DNA of 63,007 nucleotides, counting the filler, from Choristocarpus tenellus KU-1152 (taxonomy: Eukaryota > Protista > Phaeophyceae), in NCBI GenBank assembly GCA_964200185.2. It is 11 parts of 11 records of this genome, joined end to end, with 100 filler letters (N's around TTAATTAATTAA, not from the genome) between each part and the next. Parts side by side here need not be neighbours in the genome. Positions count along the whole stretch, not along the records: positions 21,555 to 34,766 come from CAXNAD020001552.1; positions 34,867 to 41,394 come from CAXNAD020007932.1; 9 more parts are not named here. The stretch is one strand, 5' to 3'. The position numbers and the translations under genes are program-made. The first letter of the stretch is position 1; every line of letters starts with the position of its first letter. Below are positions 26,425-39,817 of the stretch, piece after piece. The notes under the pieces are model-generated. The model did not search any database, was not told where the DNA came from, and was given only the letters and a program-made list of their open reading frames with translations.

Positions 26425-26606
26425 GGCTCAAAGTATCTGGGGGGGGGGTGGCGGCTGTCTATTTGGGGAAAAAAATTTCATGTCGCGATTTTTGGGTTAT
26501 TTGGTTGCATACGTCGGATGGATAATGTAAGTGCACTTTTCCTGGATATGACCCAAAATGGACACCCTGGTGTAGACTCTCCCCCCCCTCCCAGATACTT
26601 TAGGCC
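26425..26606. mobile_element. MITE family A inserted in Copia RNase H
   Basis: TSD aaa/aaa; removing it restores F-A-G-G codons on the minus strand. Confidence 0.93.
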
Positions 26607-26756
26607 AAACGTTACAACTTCTCCCAGTGTACGATCATCATAGTCCCCAACATAGCTAGCATCGATGTACTGAACTCACACTCAGTATCAAGACCATCGA
26701 ACACCAATCCAAACTCGTATATATATATACACAAGTATGCAAAATACACTAAGTGG

Positions 26757-26937
26757 GACCCAAAGTATCTGGGGGGGTGGGGGGGGTCTACACGAGGGTG
26801 TCCATTTGGACCAAAATCGGGAAAAGTGCATTTGCATTATCCATCCGACGTATGGCAACCAAATCACCCAAAAATCACGATATGAAAAAATTGACCCCAA
26901 AAGAACAGCCAAACCCCCCTCCCAGATAATTTGAGCC
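26757..26937. mobile_element. MITE family A inserted in Copia remnant
   Basis: gacccaaagtatctggg...cccagataatttgagcc; TSD tgg/tgg. Confidence 0.93.
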
Positions 26938-27864
26938 TGGACGACAGTGTGCAGCTTTGGGACTGCTACGGGTATTTAGCTACCTGATGAACTGCATTGG
27001 CAAAATCTAAACCTAGTCATAATACTTGCCCATATCAACTAACCTGAAGTCTCTCTGTGCGGAACATCACGACTAACACATGGGCAATCCTCTTTCTTGT
27101 CCAAAGTATTTAAGAGATGTGCAACCAAGAGGCCATCAACAAAGGGGGTTATTCCTGGACAAGCTATGCCATTTTTTACACAGCAAAAACGCAGGAATCT
27201 GTTTAGTACTGCCCAAATCCACACTGCACCAAGACATCCAATAACAAATACATAAACTCTCTGCTAGCCTGTTGGTGTCATACGGAGTTCTTTCAATAAA
27301 CGCACAATCCTCCCCAACCAAAGACCACATCCATCACATAACGAACAAATAACTCCTCCTTAATCTCTGTTTGAATAAATGTCTGCTTGGCATCCCAATG
27401 CACCAACTCCCAATCCTTGTCTGTAGATAGTGCCAAAAATATTCTTAAAGACGTAGGTAATGGTATCGGAGCAAAGGTATCTTGGTAATCTGAACCCTCA
27501 AGCTGACGAAAATCTTTTGCTACCACACAGGTCTCTTATCTCATTACCTCAACAAATGTATTGATCTTGCGCTTTTGAGTCCATTCGATGTCAACTGCAC
27601 TGCATCAAAGAGATAACATGGACTCCACCCAACTACCATTTAACGACAAACCAGACATATCCTCTGCTCTAGTTTGATCCCACAAACTACATTCAGGAGA
27701 ACTCTGTGCAGTTCTTACAGTCTTGGGCTCTGGCGGGAGCTCATCCGCTAGCATTCCAATAGACCCATGACTCGTACACATCACAAAATTGGAAAGCACA
27801 AAAACAAAAGAAAAGGAATATATGTAAGAAAAGAAACAAATGTATGGGCACACACCTGCACCAC

Positions 27865-28182
27865 TGTTACAAAACGCTCCACAAACTTACCATGATGGCA
27901 TATGCAGCTCCAATCCATAAGAATGCATTTAGACCCATGAAGCTCGCACAAGGCTCCATGATACAAATGTCGTCAAGTATGCTGGATCTCTCACCGCGAT
28001 TATTCACTTCACAAGTATCATCATTGTATAAAAGGAACTGGTCAACGATGTCCCATCTCAATAGCGCATGAAAATGACTAAATAATATGTAAGTAGTCAA
28101 GAAGTACGAAGATATTAAATCTAGGAATTCAAGGTCATAATGGCGTTTATGAAATTGCCATCAAGACATATCATCTGTAACA
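27865..28182 (-). mobile_element. Solo LTR nested in the Copia remnant
   Basis: TGTTACA...TGTAACA termini; homologous to 59242-59553; flanks ccac/gcac (4 bp, one mismatch). Confidence 0.75.
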
Positions 28183-29222
28183 GCACTGCCTGGTGTGGGC
28201 ATGGCAAGTATCATGTAGTACCATTCAGCCATTGTTGACCTAGATAATGTTCGCAACCTGCCATGCTAAAAAGTGGGCTCGATCACCAGAACAAACCTCA
28301 CCAGTCCCGTATTGGATGTGAAATTGATGAATAATTAGTGAACTGTACAGCTCTACACACAGACATACACACCTCCCTTGGTGCTAGCGATGCTGATTTT
28401 GACATTGTTATATCGATGCTGCAGTCTTTGTAGTGGGTGATATATTTTTCTGCGTGGTTTCTTTCTCCATCCATCTACACACTTATTTTTTGTATTCCTT
28501 TGTGGTGTTTCCCTTTGTGAAGTTCATGTATGGAATATTTATCTGCTGAGTGACAAGCATCTTTCTTGCTGGATTGATTACTCCTAGTGGGCTTTGTACC
28601 ACAGATGGGGAATATCACCAGTGGTGTATAGGATAGCGTTTAATCAGCGATGTCAGAGGGCATAATAATAAAAATAGGGTTTAATCTGATATGGATATTT
28701 GCCCTTGATATCACCCATTTTACTTCACAGTTTTCTTCCTTTTTCATTATTCCGTACAAAACAATTGTATATTGATTAGTAATTCGAATATATCTTCTTC
28801 CTTGTCCATCTCTCTCTCTACTTTTTTGTGCCACCGTCTCTCTAACCACAAGTCCGTTTAGATCGGACTTCAATACCAGTATGAAAATGAGGGGAAAAAA
28901 ATAAAGGCATACTTAAGAAATAAATTATTCCAGTATCAGTTACTATGACTTACCGCAAAGTGTAACTTCATAATTTTGGACAAGCACAACAACAATGACT
29001 AGAATATCTAAATGGGATATGAGCAATTTTGTAGGTATAAATAGTAATGTATCATTGGTCATATTTTCATTACCATAGTACTACTGTCGCAGAATATACA
29101 TATATTCCTCTCCTTTAGACTTGCATTATAATAAGAGATCAAGTATATATAATTGAGGAGTGCTTCTTCATGGAAAAGCAGAAAATACTGCAACACCTAC
29201 CTATCCTTTCAGGTCGACCTCA

Positions 29223-30623
29223 TCAGCCAGCATGTTTGTCCGCGATCATGCCCCTACAGGATGAAGACAATTGAAATGATACACATGGTGGACCCAATAA
29301 TAGGGCAAGAATATTCCAGGGACAGATATGTGTATGTGTGTGGGGGGATTGTGTGTGTGGGTGAGTGTGTGAAAGGGTGTGTGGCGCAAAATAAAGCTTA
29401 AGCTCCAGAGCTCCAGGTACGACAGATGCCTTGTAGGAATGAACAATGGCATTATATGTACTGAGCCGAAGTATCTTAGAGGGTAGAGCCGTTTCCATTT
29501 GGGGGCGACAATCCAATGTTGCGATTTTGATGTAATTTTGGCTATCGTGTTTGTTAGGAAGTGTCAATATCCTTGTTCCGGACACACTTTTTCATAACAT
29601 ACACATTTTACCTACTCAGAAAAAAATTATATTAGTAAAATGTCATAAAAAACCCCATGGGAAGCCAAGCCCCAAACGGACAAACAGGGCGAAACTCGTA
29701 CCCTCTATTCACTCACAGTCACACATGAGAGAATTAGGTCAGCTCAAGTACACCCACCAGCAACACATAGATGCTGCCAGCACCAGTACTAAAAAGGTGA
29801 TATAGTAGTCCAGACACCATTCCTGCCCCACCATCGCTTAGCAGGTAGTATCACATGTGCTTGGTGACTGTGGTCGCTTTTGCTTGGCAAGCAGCGACTG
29901 GGTCAGCCTTGTTAGTAGATGTCAGACGGTCATGAAGTACCTGGCACTATCCTCTACACACACCTGTACGACCTGGTCTTCTGCACATAAATGAACCCTT
30001 TCAGGTGGGATCCTGAAACGCTCGATTTCATATTGGATGCTCTGCTCGTAAGACCTATGGATATACACAACGTCTTAACAGTATTTATTTATTACTGTGT
30101 GACATGAATGTTGGGCAAAATAGGTGACACATGGAAAATCTCTCGATGGACGCTGACGGGCCGAGCAGTCACGCAGGTGCCTGGTAACAAGCAATCACCT
30201 ATTATTACAGTTGTTATGCAGGTATCCTCTACAACCTGGAGAATAGGGGTCCCTTCACTGTCATTTAAATTTCTGCATGGATGCGGTATTCTACTCTGAG
30301 GTACGCACAGTCCAACCTGACCACTCTTCACTGCTCGGGAAAGGATCTCCTCCAAGAGGCGACCTTTGGAGAGACCCAAGCTGACCGTCCCCAAAGGAAA
30401 TTTAATCTGATCACGATGCTGGTACTGCTGCACCTGATTGATACACGAAAGAAAAAAAACACTGCAAAAATCTCTTAACCCTCGTACCTTTAACTCAACA
30501 TGTTTGTGGTGGAAAACTGCGGGTATCTGGGCTAAGCAATTTCGGGACAAACTGGCAACTCACGTGGTGGGTGGTAAGGGGGCTCGGAGTTTCAGGTGGA
30601 AGAGAGTACCAGCGAAGACACGC
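29223..30623 (-). CDS. Putative multi-exon gene of unknown function, 3' part
   Basis: Phase-consistent candidate exons 30623-30564, 30433-30317, 30235-30199, 30054-29964, 29253-29223: ACLRWYSLPPETPSPLTTHHVQQYQHRDQIKFPLGTVSLGLSKGRLLEEILSRAVKSGQVVEDTC...GMIADKHAG*. No domain recognised. Confidence 0.4.
29463..29714. mobile_element. MITE family B (small deletion in right TIR)
   Basis: gagccgaagtatcttagagggtag...taccctcta-ttcactc. Confidence 0.9.
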
Positions 30624-30933
30624 CTGCGACAGATGCATTTAGCCCGTAACAGTACAAATGACACTATTCAGGCGAATCATGGGCTTTAAGGTGGATGTCC
30701 TTTGATGGTGGGCAAGGTGGGTCTGACTGACTGCTGCGATTCTTCCCTCGTTCATAGAATGCCAGTACAGGAAGAATAGTTTCACAGCTCTGTCTGTGTG
30801 TAACATCTATTTTTTTTTCCAGATATGATGCAATCGTTTCAGAGTCTATGAGGGATTACATTTCTGTTTCAAAATGTACTACTACTCCTGTTGGTGTGTA
30901 TAGGATTGTTGTAAGCATAAAACAGATTCTGTT

Positions 30934-31190
30934 GAGCCAAAGCATCTTAGAGGGTAGAGCCGCGTCCATTTGGGGGCCAATATCCAATGTTGCGATCTTG
31001 ACGCAATTTTGGCTATTGTGTTTGTTAGGAAGTGTCAATATCCATGTTCCAGACACACCTTTTCGTAAGATATACACTTTACCTACTCCGAAACATTTTG
31101 GAGTAGGAAAATGGCATAAAAGAATCCATGGGAAGCCAAGCCCCAAATGGACAAACAGGGAAAATCTAGTACCCTCTAAGATTTTCACTC
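30934..31190. mobile_element. MITE family B
   Basis: TIRs present; TSD tgtt/tgtt. Confidence 0.93.
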
Positions 31191-32199
31191 TGTTGTTGCA
31201 TTAGGCGTATTCGGTGCCTTGTACGTTGCCCCAAGTATTATCTGTTGTTGTATAATGTAAACGATCGCAACACTACGTAAGAAAGTGCCTGTAGTATAAG
31301 AGACAACACAGTGCATATAAATTTGTAACTTCAAAGCGAACCAGACCTGTTAATTAATTATTGGGGTGAGATGGAGTGTCGTTTGCGTTTCTGCCCTGTC
31401 CTCTCTATGTTCGCGACCCACAACTAACTATAGTAACCCCGAAAAACAACATGATCTTGGGAAGGTGGATATTCATAATTATGTTTAATTGCTCTTGACT
31501 AATATCATTACTATATCAATTATTCACATTAGTATGAGATCTGATGAGGCCTAAACCCAAGTTTTTACTGGGTGCGCTAACACCGAAGTTTATATGGGCA
31601 CCAGAATTCATAATATTGTAATAAACCCAAACTCTAAGCCTAACCTACCCCTAAAAATGAATAATACAAACAGAATAAACTGGGAAATAATAGCAATTAT
31701 GAATGTGGATTCTGGCTAAACTTGGGCACCTTCGTACTCGGTAAACCCCTCCGAACCCCAAACCGTAGATGGAAAGGTAATTAGAGGAAAGTAATAGACG
31801 ATCTTCGATAAAATACAAAATCCTGCATTGCACTATAGAACAAAATGCGATAGTAGTACGTAACACATCGTATATGATAAGAAGAAAAAATGATGGGAAA
31901 AAAAATCGACATGCCTATAAAGGTTAACGAAGGGAAAAGTCAAGCGTAACTTACTGACACCCCATAGTTGAGATAGGATATATTTTTATTACTATAGCCT
32001 CTGATATTTTCCAGATGTGTCTAGGGAAAAACAATTGAACCTATTCACATGTCAGAAAAATCCCTCAAAAAATAACAGTTGCCGTAAAGTGTGAAAGACA
32101 TTCACCTATTTAATATTTTAATACTAGCTGTGCTGTACCAATGCTTTCCTGTGCCTCCAACCTAGCTTAGTCCTGCACCCCAGGGTGAGGAGCTAGGGG

Positions 32200-34766
32200 A
32201 GCACCCCAAGAATCTAATAAGCCCCTCCTTGCCCATCTACCTGGTGTCTCCACCTTAAAACATACGACACATTGAAATAGTACTACTTGCATTGTGATTG
32301 AGACTATCTGGTGTAGACAGGATTTGACCGCCCCTTTTCTGCTGTAGCCTCCTGCCCCTCTCTCTCCTACTGCATGCATAGGTAGCTCATCCAGAAAGCT
32401 TTCTGCTTGCTTACTGAGGCGCGGGGGCCGCTTACACTTCTGTAAACGTAACATTGAGGAGGAGGCCTTTGTCTCGGTAGGGAGCTGATCCAGCTTCTGC
32501 AAGTGTCCCCCGAATGGAAGACCAGATCCATGCAGAAATTCCTGTCCACTGTGAACGGGCTACCATTCTCCATAGCGCAGGGGACGCCCATTCCTTTGCA
32601 AAGTTGACTTAGACGCTTCACCATCGGTGTGTGTGTTGGCAAAAATGTCCTCCAGTCCTAGGGCAGGTTCGTGCATGTCTGGTGTCTACATTTTGCCTCC
32701 TGCAAACAGTCACTGAGCAACTGTTCAATAGGGCCTCCTGTCTCCCTAGGGATCTGCTGGCAGTGATTTAAAACTCCACGGGGGAGATCTGGTATGCTGG
32801 CTCCAGGGGTTGTGGTGAGACCCATGCATTTGCCCCTTGTCCACATTGGCTCCGGTGAGGTGCAGGGCTAGCAAGGAACTTTCCTTCCCTTGCTTCACTT
32901 CATCGGGTAAGGTGGCCAGTTGCGTCAGAAAGAGTTGAAGCGGATCCTGCTTAGGAGGCGGGTTATCTCATGTGCCCTTCCTGTAATCCTGGCATCATGG
33001 GCTGCCAGAGTGTGACCTCTGGGACCAGTGTGGGAGATGTAGTTCCCCCCAAGGTTAGCCAGCCTTATGCAATATTTTTTGCTCAGTCGTCTGAGGGGAC
33101 TCCTGTGGAGAGGAGGGTATAGGTGGATGATCCTGTGGGGCTCGTGCAGATGGCTTGTGAGAAAGACTCACCATGAGTCCCTTGTTGCCATGAGAGGGTG
33201 GGAAGAGTAGCCACTAGTGGTCCTCCGAAGGCTGCATGTTGGCAATGCTTCATAGAGGAGAGGCCCAACCCCCCCACACTTGTGGTCATCTGTGCCTGTA
33301 CTTGTTGGTGGGTCTCTAGGCGGAGAGGTCCATTGTCAAATCCCCCTTCAAAAACGTCCGTCAGCCCCGCCGAGTCTGGTACCTCTATTATCTTCTCAAG
33401 AGTCCATAGTCAGGTGTTGTCCGCCTGCTCCATGGTGGAGCGTGCCAGGTGGGGGGGAGTGACCCTTGCCAGATAGCCTAGACGGGAGGAGAGGGCCCAC
33501 GAGTTAAAGAGCCAGACCACTTGTTTTTCCACCATCTTGCCGAGGTATGTGAGTAGCAATCGTGACCCAGAGCTCTTGATTACCTCATCATTTGGGCTTG
33601 GGGCCAGGTTGATTCCCGTTGTGATTAGAAGCTCCAGTTCCAAGGACATGGATCAGTGGCCCTGGAGAGGTACACCAAGGTCTTGTCCATGTTCAGGGTA
33701 ATGCCTACCTTGTGAAGATCAATTTTTAGTTCCTTGAAAGCAGATATGGTGTTGAGGTTGATCTCCCTTACTGAAATGGACGTGTCATCCAGATAGCTTC
33801 GGAAGGAAACCACCTGGGGACCAAAGGTAGACTGGACCCGCTGTAGGGCTTTGGAGGTTGCCATGTAATATAGGAGGGGGCCAAGGGGGTCCCCTTGTTG
33901 TGCTCCTGACCTTGATAGCAGTATCTTCATCCCTCCCTCATCCAGGGGGAAAAGAAGATTACGGGTGTCCCCACACAACTTGGGCACGTAGGGCAGGAGT
34001 CTCGGTAGAGTCTCGGGTAGAGACTAGATGAAGACCGAGCGGTGTACACGGTTGAAAGCGTTTCTTTCATCTAGACTGATGACCCATTCGCCACACTCAT
34101 TTCTCTTAGGCGAGTGTCTGAGTCAAAGTATCTTAGAGGGTACAGCCGCGTCCATTTGGGGACCAAAATCTAATGTTGCCATTTTGATATAATTTTGACT
34201 ATCATGTTTGTTAGGAGACCTCAGTATCCTTGTCTGGACACTCCTTTTCATAATGTATACATTTTACCTACTCGGAAACATTATGGAGTAGGTAATATGA
34301 CAATAAAAAACCATGGGAAGCCAAGCCGCACATGGACAAACAGGACAAAATTCGTACCCTCTAAGATACTTTCACTCGTCTAGAAGGGAATGCTCCAACC
34401 TGTTTGGAACCCCTGCGCCAGATTGTCCTATTCCACCGAAATATTTCTCCAAGTAGGAGCACCAGTCTGCACAGAAAGCTGAAGCACATGACCTCTCAAG
34501 AAAGAGTCACAGGCAACCGGGTGACACTTCTCTCCAATTGCGGACAATCTGGAGTTTTTGTCAAGCTTCCAAAACTCCGGAGGTAAAGAGTCCGGGGAGG
34601 TATAGACTAGCTCCCAGGGCTTTGCAAACGGCTCCACCACTTGTTTATGACCAACATCTGTTGTAATGGCTGATCTGATATGGTTGGGTGCATCCCGTCG
34701 GAGTCTGATGCAGAGTTGTTGTTCACCCTCATGAAGGCTGTCCGCAGGGAGGTGGAGGTTTACTCC
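32200..34766 (-). mobile_element. Non-LTR retrotransposon, CRE-like RLE type, degenerate
   Basis: RT motifs ISLDERNAFNRVHR, GAQQGDPLGPLLY, SYLDD, GITLNMDKT; then RLGYLARVTPP and GGLGL; C-terminal THTPMV...MDLV (RH.../RxD-like restriction-like endonuclease remnant). Many frameshifts. Confidence 0.88.
34120..34377. mobile_element. MITE family B inserted in the non-LTR RT region
   Basis: TSD gtct/gtct. Confidence 0.94.
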
Positions 34767-35484
34767 NNNNNNNNNNNNNNNNNNNNNNNNNNNNNNNNNN
34801 NNNNNNNNNNTTAATTAATTAANNNNNNNNNNNNNNNNNNNNNNNNNNNNNNNNNNNNNNNNNNNNCCATCCTCCATTTTGAGAATGCCCTGTTACAAGT
34901 AAGTGCCAGCCTACTCTGTATACATTTACAACGTAATTTGACAGAAGGGGGGGAAGGGGTGGGGGTGGGGGTGGATACATGCAAGGCAGGCAAAAGAAGT
35001 ATAACATGTCCTGCACATCATTTTGACCGTGGATCACCAGAGTTCTCACTAGTTATTGTCGCCATGAATCCGTTCAATGGCAGCAGGTGAATAAAACATT
35101 ACACACCCTTACCAGAATGAACCCTTACCTCCCATTTCCCACTTTAACATAAAAAACAAAAAAATACATGGAACAAACAGAACATCCCCGTATCATGCAA
35201 AGATAAACCACCAGCTGTAATCTTGTGTGCCAACATAAACCAACAAAATAACATGGGAAAATCAGAATAATATGTTTGACCAAAAGAACATCAACCTTGA
35301 ATCAGCAGTCTGGCACCAGACGTATCCCGCAGCTACACCTTGTCCATTTCTTTATATCAACAGGCACAGAGCGCAGGAGGTAACAGAAATATTGGGGGCG
35401 TGGGGGATGGGGAGTGGAAGGAAGCTACAGTGTAAATGGCATCTTCATGTGCAAGTTCCCATCCTCTTGATCACCATTCTGATT

Positions 35485-38400
35485 TAGTCAGAATCATCAT
35501 CCATCATGAGCTCAGCTGGGACTTCCCCTGATACCACACCGCAGCCAATATGAATCAAATAATATTTGGGAAGAAAATGAGTGTTGGGAAGTTGAGGGGT
35601 GATCGTCACATAATGAGTAGTATTAATATTTTCGTATCGATATTCCATTACTAGTATTTGGGTGTTGCTTTACACTGATCTCTTTTCTTGTAAATAATGA
35701 AAATATAAAAAGGTGTAAAATCTACATACTAACTGACCACTACAATATGCTGCTTTAAAATTCAATTTCCAGAACGTTCTGGATGAAAACCTTTGTCTAC
35801 AAACCAAAGGAAGAACAAACACCTTTCACCTTGGACAGAATATAGGAAGCAAATAGCACCTCGTGCTGGTTAATTTTTCTTTCTAAATTTTAGCACATTT
35901 TAGAACAAGCATATAAATATATCCGCACTCATTCCATTGCACTACTACACTACCAGATTTTCCAATGAGAGTGCCCTTCAAACGTATTTCCAACAGACCA
36001 ATCAGATTAGGTAGTAATCACAATCAGGTTCCTCTTGGAGCAGGTCCTAACATTGTCATACACAAGGTCACACTTGTGGAGGGTACCAATGTGGTGGGAA
36101 TTGTATTCCTCATGAAAGACACAAGTCTTCTCACGTTGCCCAAGAGTCAGAGTAAATGAGAAGTCTCCAATTTTTGGGTGTTCTTAAGTCTTTACTTCAA
36201 CCTTTTGCAATTCACCCTAATGTCTACAGATGAAAAGATAAGTTCAACTTGAGAGTGTTGATTTCTTTGTTTGCTTGGGGAACTTTTTCGACACAAATAA
36301 TTAATTTAAAAAAAAGTCCTACACGCATTTGTAAAAAAAAAAAAACTATTTTTTTTTAGTAACATATTTGCCATCATCCTTAAAATGCAGTTCCGGTAGG
36401 TATCGTTTACTTTTGACTTAAACAAAACCAGGAGGAAGTCCCTATCACTCCTACTGCTGTTATTGGCGATGATTTTTGGGAAGGACATGTATCGGCTGAT
36501 GTCCGCAATGTGCAACCAAACCTCATCAAGTGCCTGATCCATCATCCTGAGCACTCAGGGAGTGGATGCTCGAGGTGGGCTATGTCCCACAATGTGGTGG
36601 TGCCCTCCCCCAATCTCACACATATTTATCATATACCTACCCTTGTCATCTCTGTGTATACTGTATGTGCTCCCTTGTCCATGGCTGATTACCTGGCAGC
36701 AAACAATTATCTTTAGCTACCCTACTATAGACATACGCTCTTGCCATTAAAACTCACACTTTTCATATATAAATAGCAAGGCCACCAATCTGTATGCTTT
36801 ATATATAAAAATAAACAAGCGATAATCAATATCCAAGTGTCTTAGACTGCTGCTATTTGATCTATTGAGTGCACGGATGTGTGTACTTGCCCATTAGAAA
36901 CAATTGTTCTGAAAGGTATCAAGAAAAAACTCACATCTAAATAATAATAAAAATACCACTCATGTTCGAATGACTCTTAAAGCACAAGAGGATTGTACAT
37001 GTTTTTCTTAGGTTTTTTGAACAAGAGATACGCAAACATTTTAGGAAAACATAAAATTTCTCATCACAACAGCATCAGAAAGAGCTATGTTCCTCTCACT
37101 TTACTTCCAATGCAAACTGTTGGAGCTCCATGGCTTACTCTAGGGCCGTGGAGCTATATTATACTTGAACGTACAATGGGTCAGGGGGCTACAGAAAATA
37201 TATACATAGGAAGGCATTTTGCTGTAGATACACACTCTATTGATATGATAGTTGAGTTCCCTATGACATGGGAAAACAAAACAATATGTTACTCTTTGTA
37301 ATGAAATCAGACTATCAATAGCATTATCAATATCTAATGATGCCTGTATGGGCTACATCACTATATGCAATGAGAACTTAGGGTTAGGGTTAGGGTTAGG
37401 AGACCAACATTAACAAGATTACTCACCGTCACTGCCATCATCCTCGATGCTCTCGTCATCCTCATCAAACTCATCTAGATTTATTTTCCCCCCCAAGAAT
37501 TCACACAAACAAACACGCACAAATAGGAGAAAAGAAAAAAAGAAAAGAAGTATATTAAAGGTACAAGTGATAAAGAGAAAGTGAATTATATGAAAGGTAC
37601 AAGTAATAAAGAGAAAGTGAGCGACTGTTACCCAACCATGATACACACACACATGCACACATACATACATACATACACTGTACTCACTTCGGCTTGAAAA
37701 TAACAAAAACGTTACGATTGACTGACTATTATCACACAATAATTGGGCAAATCTAATAACAAACAGAGCAACCAAAATCTACGGCTGCTGGAGGAAGAGA
37801 GACATACAACAATACAGGGGAGTAAGATAGTAGTAAGATAGTAGTAATACTTGTAAGACTGAATTCCTGGTGGTGGCAAAACAAAGCAAAGAGACTGGAC
37901 CACACCAGTACATATGATTTAAAACATACTATATATACATATATTGTGTCGGGTCACATTCACAATAGTTAGCCCTAACCCTAACCCTATTACAATACCA
38001 GCCGTACAGTGTATTAATAGCAGGAAACAGAAAATAAAAAATGAACAAAAGTAAATTATTGTTTCACTAGGAAGAGCAAAACATACCTTTATATATATAT
38101 ATATATATATTGTCCTGTGGGTATTCTGCTTGAAACATACTCTCGATCTTACACTTATTTATATCCCTCCAAAAAGATACACCCCCAAAAAGATTGCACG
38201 AACTGCGTTGATCACTATCATTGTTGATAACTATCATTGTTGATCACTATCATTGTTGATCACTATCATTGTTAATCACTATCATTGAACATTAAATACA
38301 TCTCACAAACATTCAAAGCATCCATGTCATTAGTGTCCAATACTCATCTCCAAGCGAAGAGTCACTCAACATAAATTTAAACCGTCTGTTACTAACTGTT

Positions 38401-39817
38401 ACCAACAAGCGAAGTATTGATTATAACCATCTGTTATTAAAGTATTATTAAGTATTATTGAAGTATTGATTATACAACCCCAACACCGCTGGATAACATG
38501 CAACCCCTCCAACCCCTCCATTCGACCACAAATTTCATTCACTAACATACTGAACAAGTGCATAGATTGTTCTGGATAACCAAACATCTATCCAGTGTGT
38601 ACCAGGTAATACCTCACCCGCAGAATACTTTCCTTTGTCAAAATATTATAAAAATATTACACGAGTAGAGGTAACCATGATGTAAAAATAAATAAAATAC
38701 CTTCAATTATTTAATAGACACTTTATGACAGAAAACATTCATTTGAACAAATGGCAATACTAAATCTATGGGGGGAGGGGGTGGGGGGGAAGATGGCACA
38801 AGTAATTCATGTGCCCCCATATATCACTACTATAATAAAAACATTATAATTATTAAAAATAAAAACACACATTGACATTTGTACAGCTCTTGGCAGGTTG
38901 GACGATTACCACCCGGTCCGTATCAAAGGAGAAACAATTTTCAATGACTTGGAAAGGTGGTCTGAAGTGTGTAGCTGAACCTCCTTAGGTCTTGTGTCCA
39001 TCTTATCTAGAGGTTATCATTTCTCCAAGCTCTGATCAAGCAAGTCATGTTTCACCAGTGTTGATATCGATTTCGGTGAATAAAAGAGAGGAGTATGTTT
39101 GATACGCAATTGCACCATACCATACTCCTCTCTTGTTCATAACATCATTGATAACATCATTCGTAACATCATTGATAACATCATTCGTAACATCATTGAT
39201 AACATCATTCGTAACATCATTGATAACATCATTCGTAACATCATTGATAACATCATTCGTAACATCATTCGTAACATCATTGATAACATCATTCGTAACA
39301 TCATTCGTAACATCATTGATAACATCATTAATAATATCATTGATAACATCATTAATAACATCATTGATAACATCATTCGTAACATCATTGATAACATCAT
39401 TCGTAACATCATTGATAACATCATTCGTAACATCATTCGTAACATCATTCGTAACATCATTGATAACATCATTCGTAACATCATTCGTAACATCATTGAT
39501 AACATCATTAATAATATCATTGATAACATCATTAATAACATCATTAATAATATCATTAATAACATCATTGATAACATCATTAATAACATCATTCGTAACA
39601 TCATTGATAACATCATTAATAACATCATTCGTAACATCTCTAATTTCAAACGAAGAAGCTCAGCAGTGTCCCCCGCTTACTCTTGAACTGTACCTTCAGT
39701 GATCATACCATCATCAAAGTACTGTCCACCTAGTCTAGCAGCAGATCCTCGTCTACCTTCCCTGTCCTCAACCGGAAAGCTCATCCATGGCAAGTGTTCC
39801 TTAACGATACATTGCAT
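35485..39817 (-). CDS. Putative 3' exons of a gene with an acidic C-terminus
   Basis: Candidate exons about 39817-39681 (MQCIVKEHLPWMSFPVEDREGRRGSAARLGGQYFDDGMITEGTVQ, donor gtaagc), 37474-37427 (DEFDEDDESIEDDGSD, donor gtgagt) and 35528-35485 (EVPAELMMDDDSD*). The last two join in phase 1; the linking exon(s) are unresolved. Confidence 0.45.
38207..38287. repeat. 16-bp minisatellite x5 (gttgatcactatcatt)
   Basis: Directly visible. Confidence 0.9.
39140..39637. repeat. 12-bp minisatellite, ~41 units (taacatcatt + ga/cg/aa)
   Basis: Directly visible; creates the overlapping NIID/NIIR, TSLI/TSFV and MMLS/MMLR ORFs; lies just inside a predicted intron. Confidence 0.97.

Larger units (their letters stand above)
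25900..28230 (-). mobile_element. Degenerate Copia remnant related to 8478-10627, carrying nested insertions
   Basis: ELPPEPKTVRTAQSSPECSLWDQTRAEDMSGL; AKDFRQLEGSDYQDTFAP; WDAKQTFIQ; RNase H remnants; PPT-like aggaaatggagga then TGTCA at 25997 (-). Confidence 0.9.

Noticed and set aside
30317-30433. VSLGLSKGRLLEEIL resembles the HisG N-terminus
   Set aside because: Downstream HisG motifs (R..DI..YV..G..D.GI.G.D) are absent.
29223-31204. Similar ORFs recurring at 29223, 30848, 30856, 34195 and 61506
   Set aside because: They are translations through non-coding MITE B copies.
39099-39702. Three long overlapping ORFs (NIID, TSLI, MMLR repeats)
   Set aside because: By-product of a 12-bp unit lacking stops; no flanking coding context and probably intronic.
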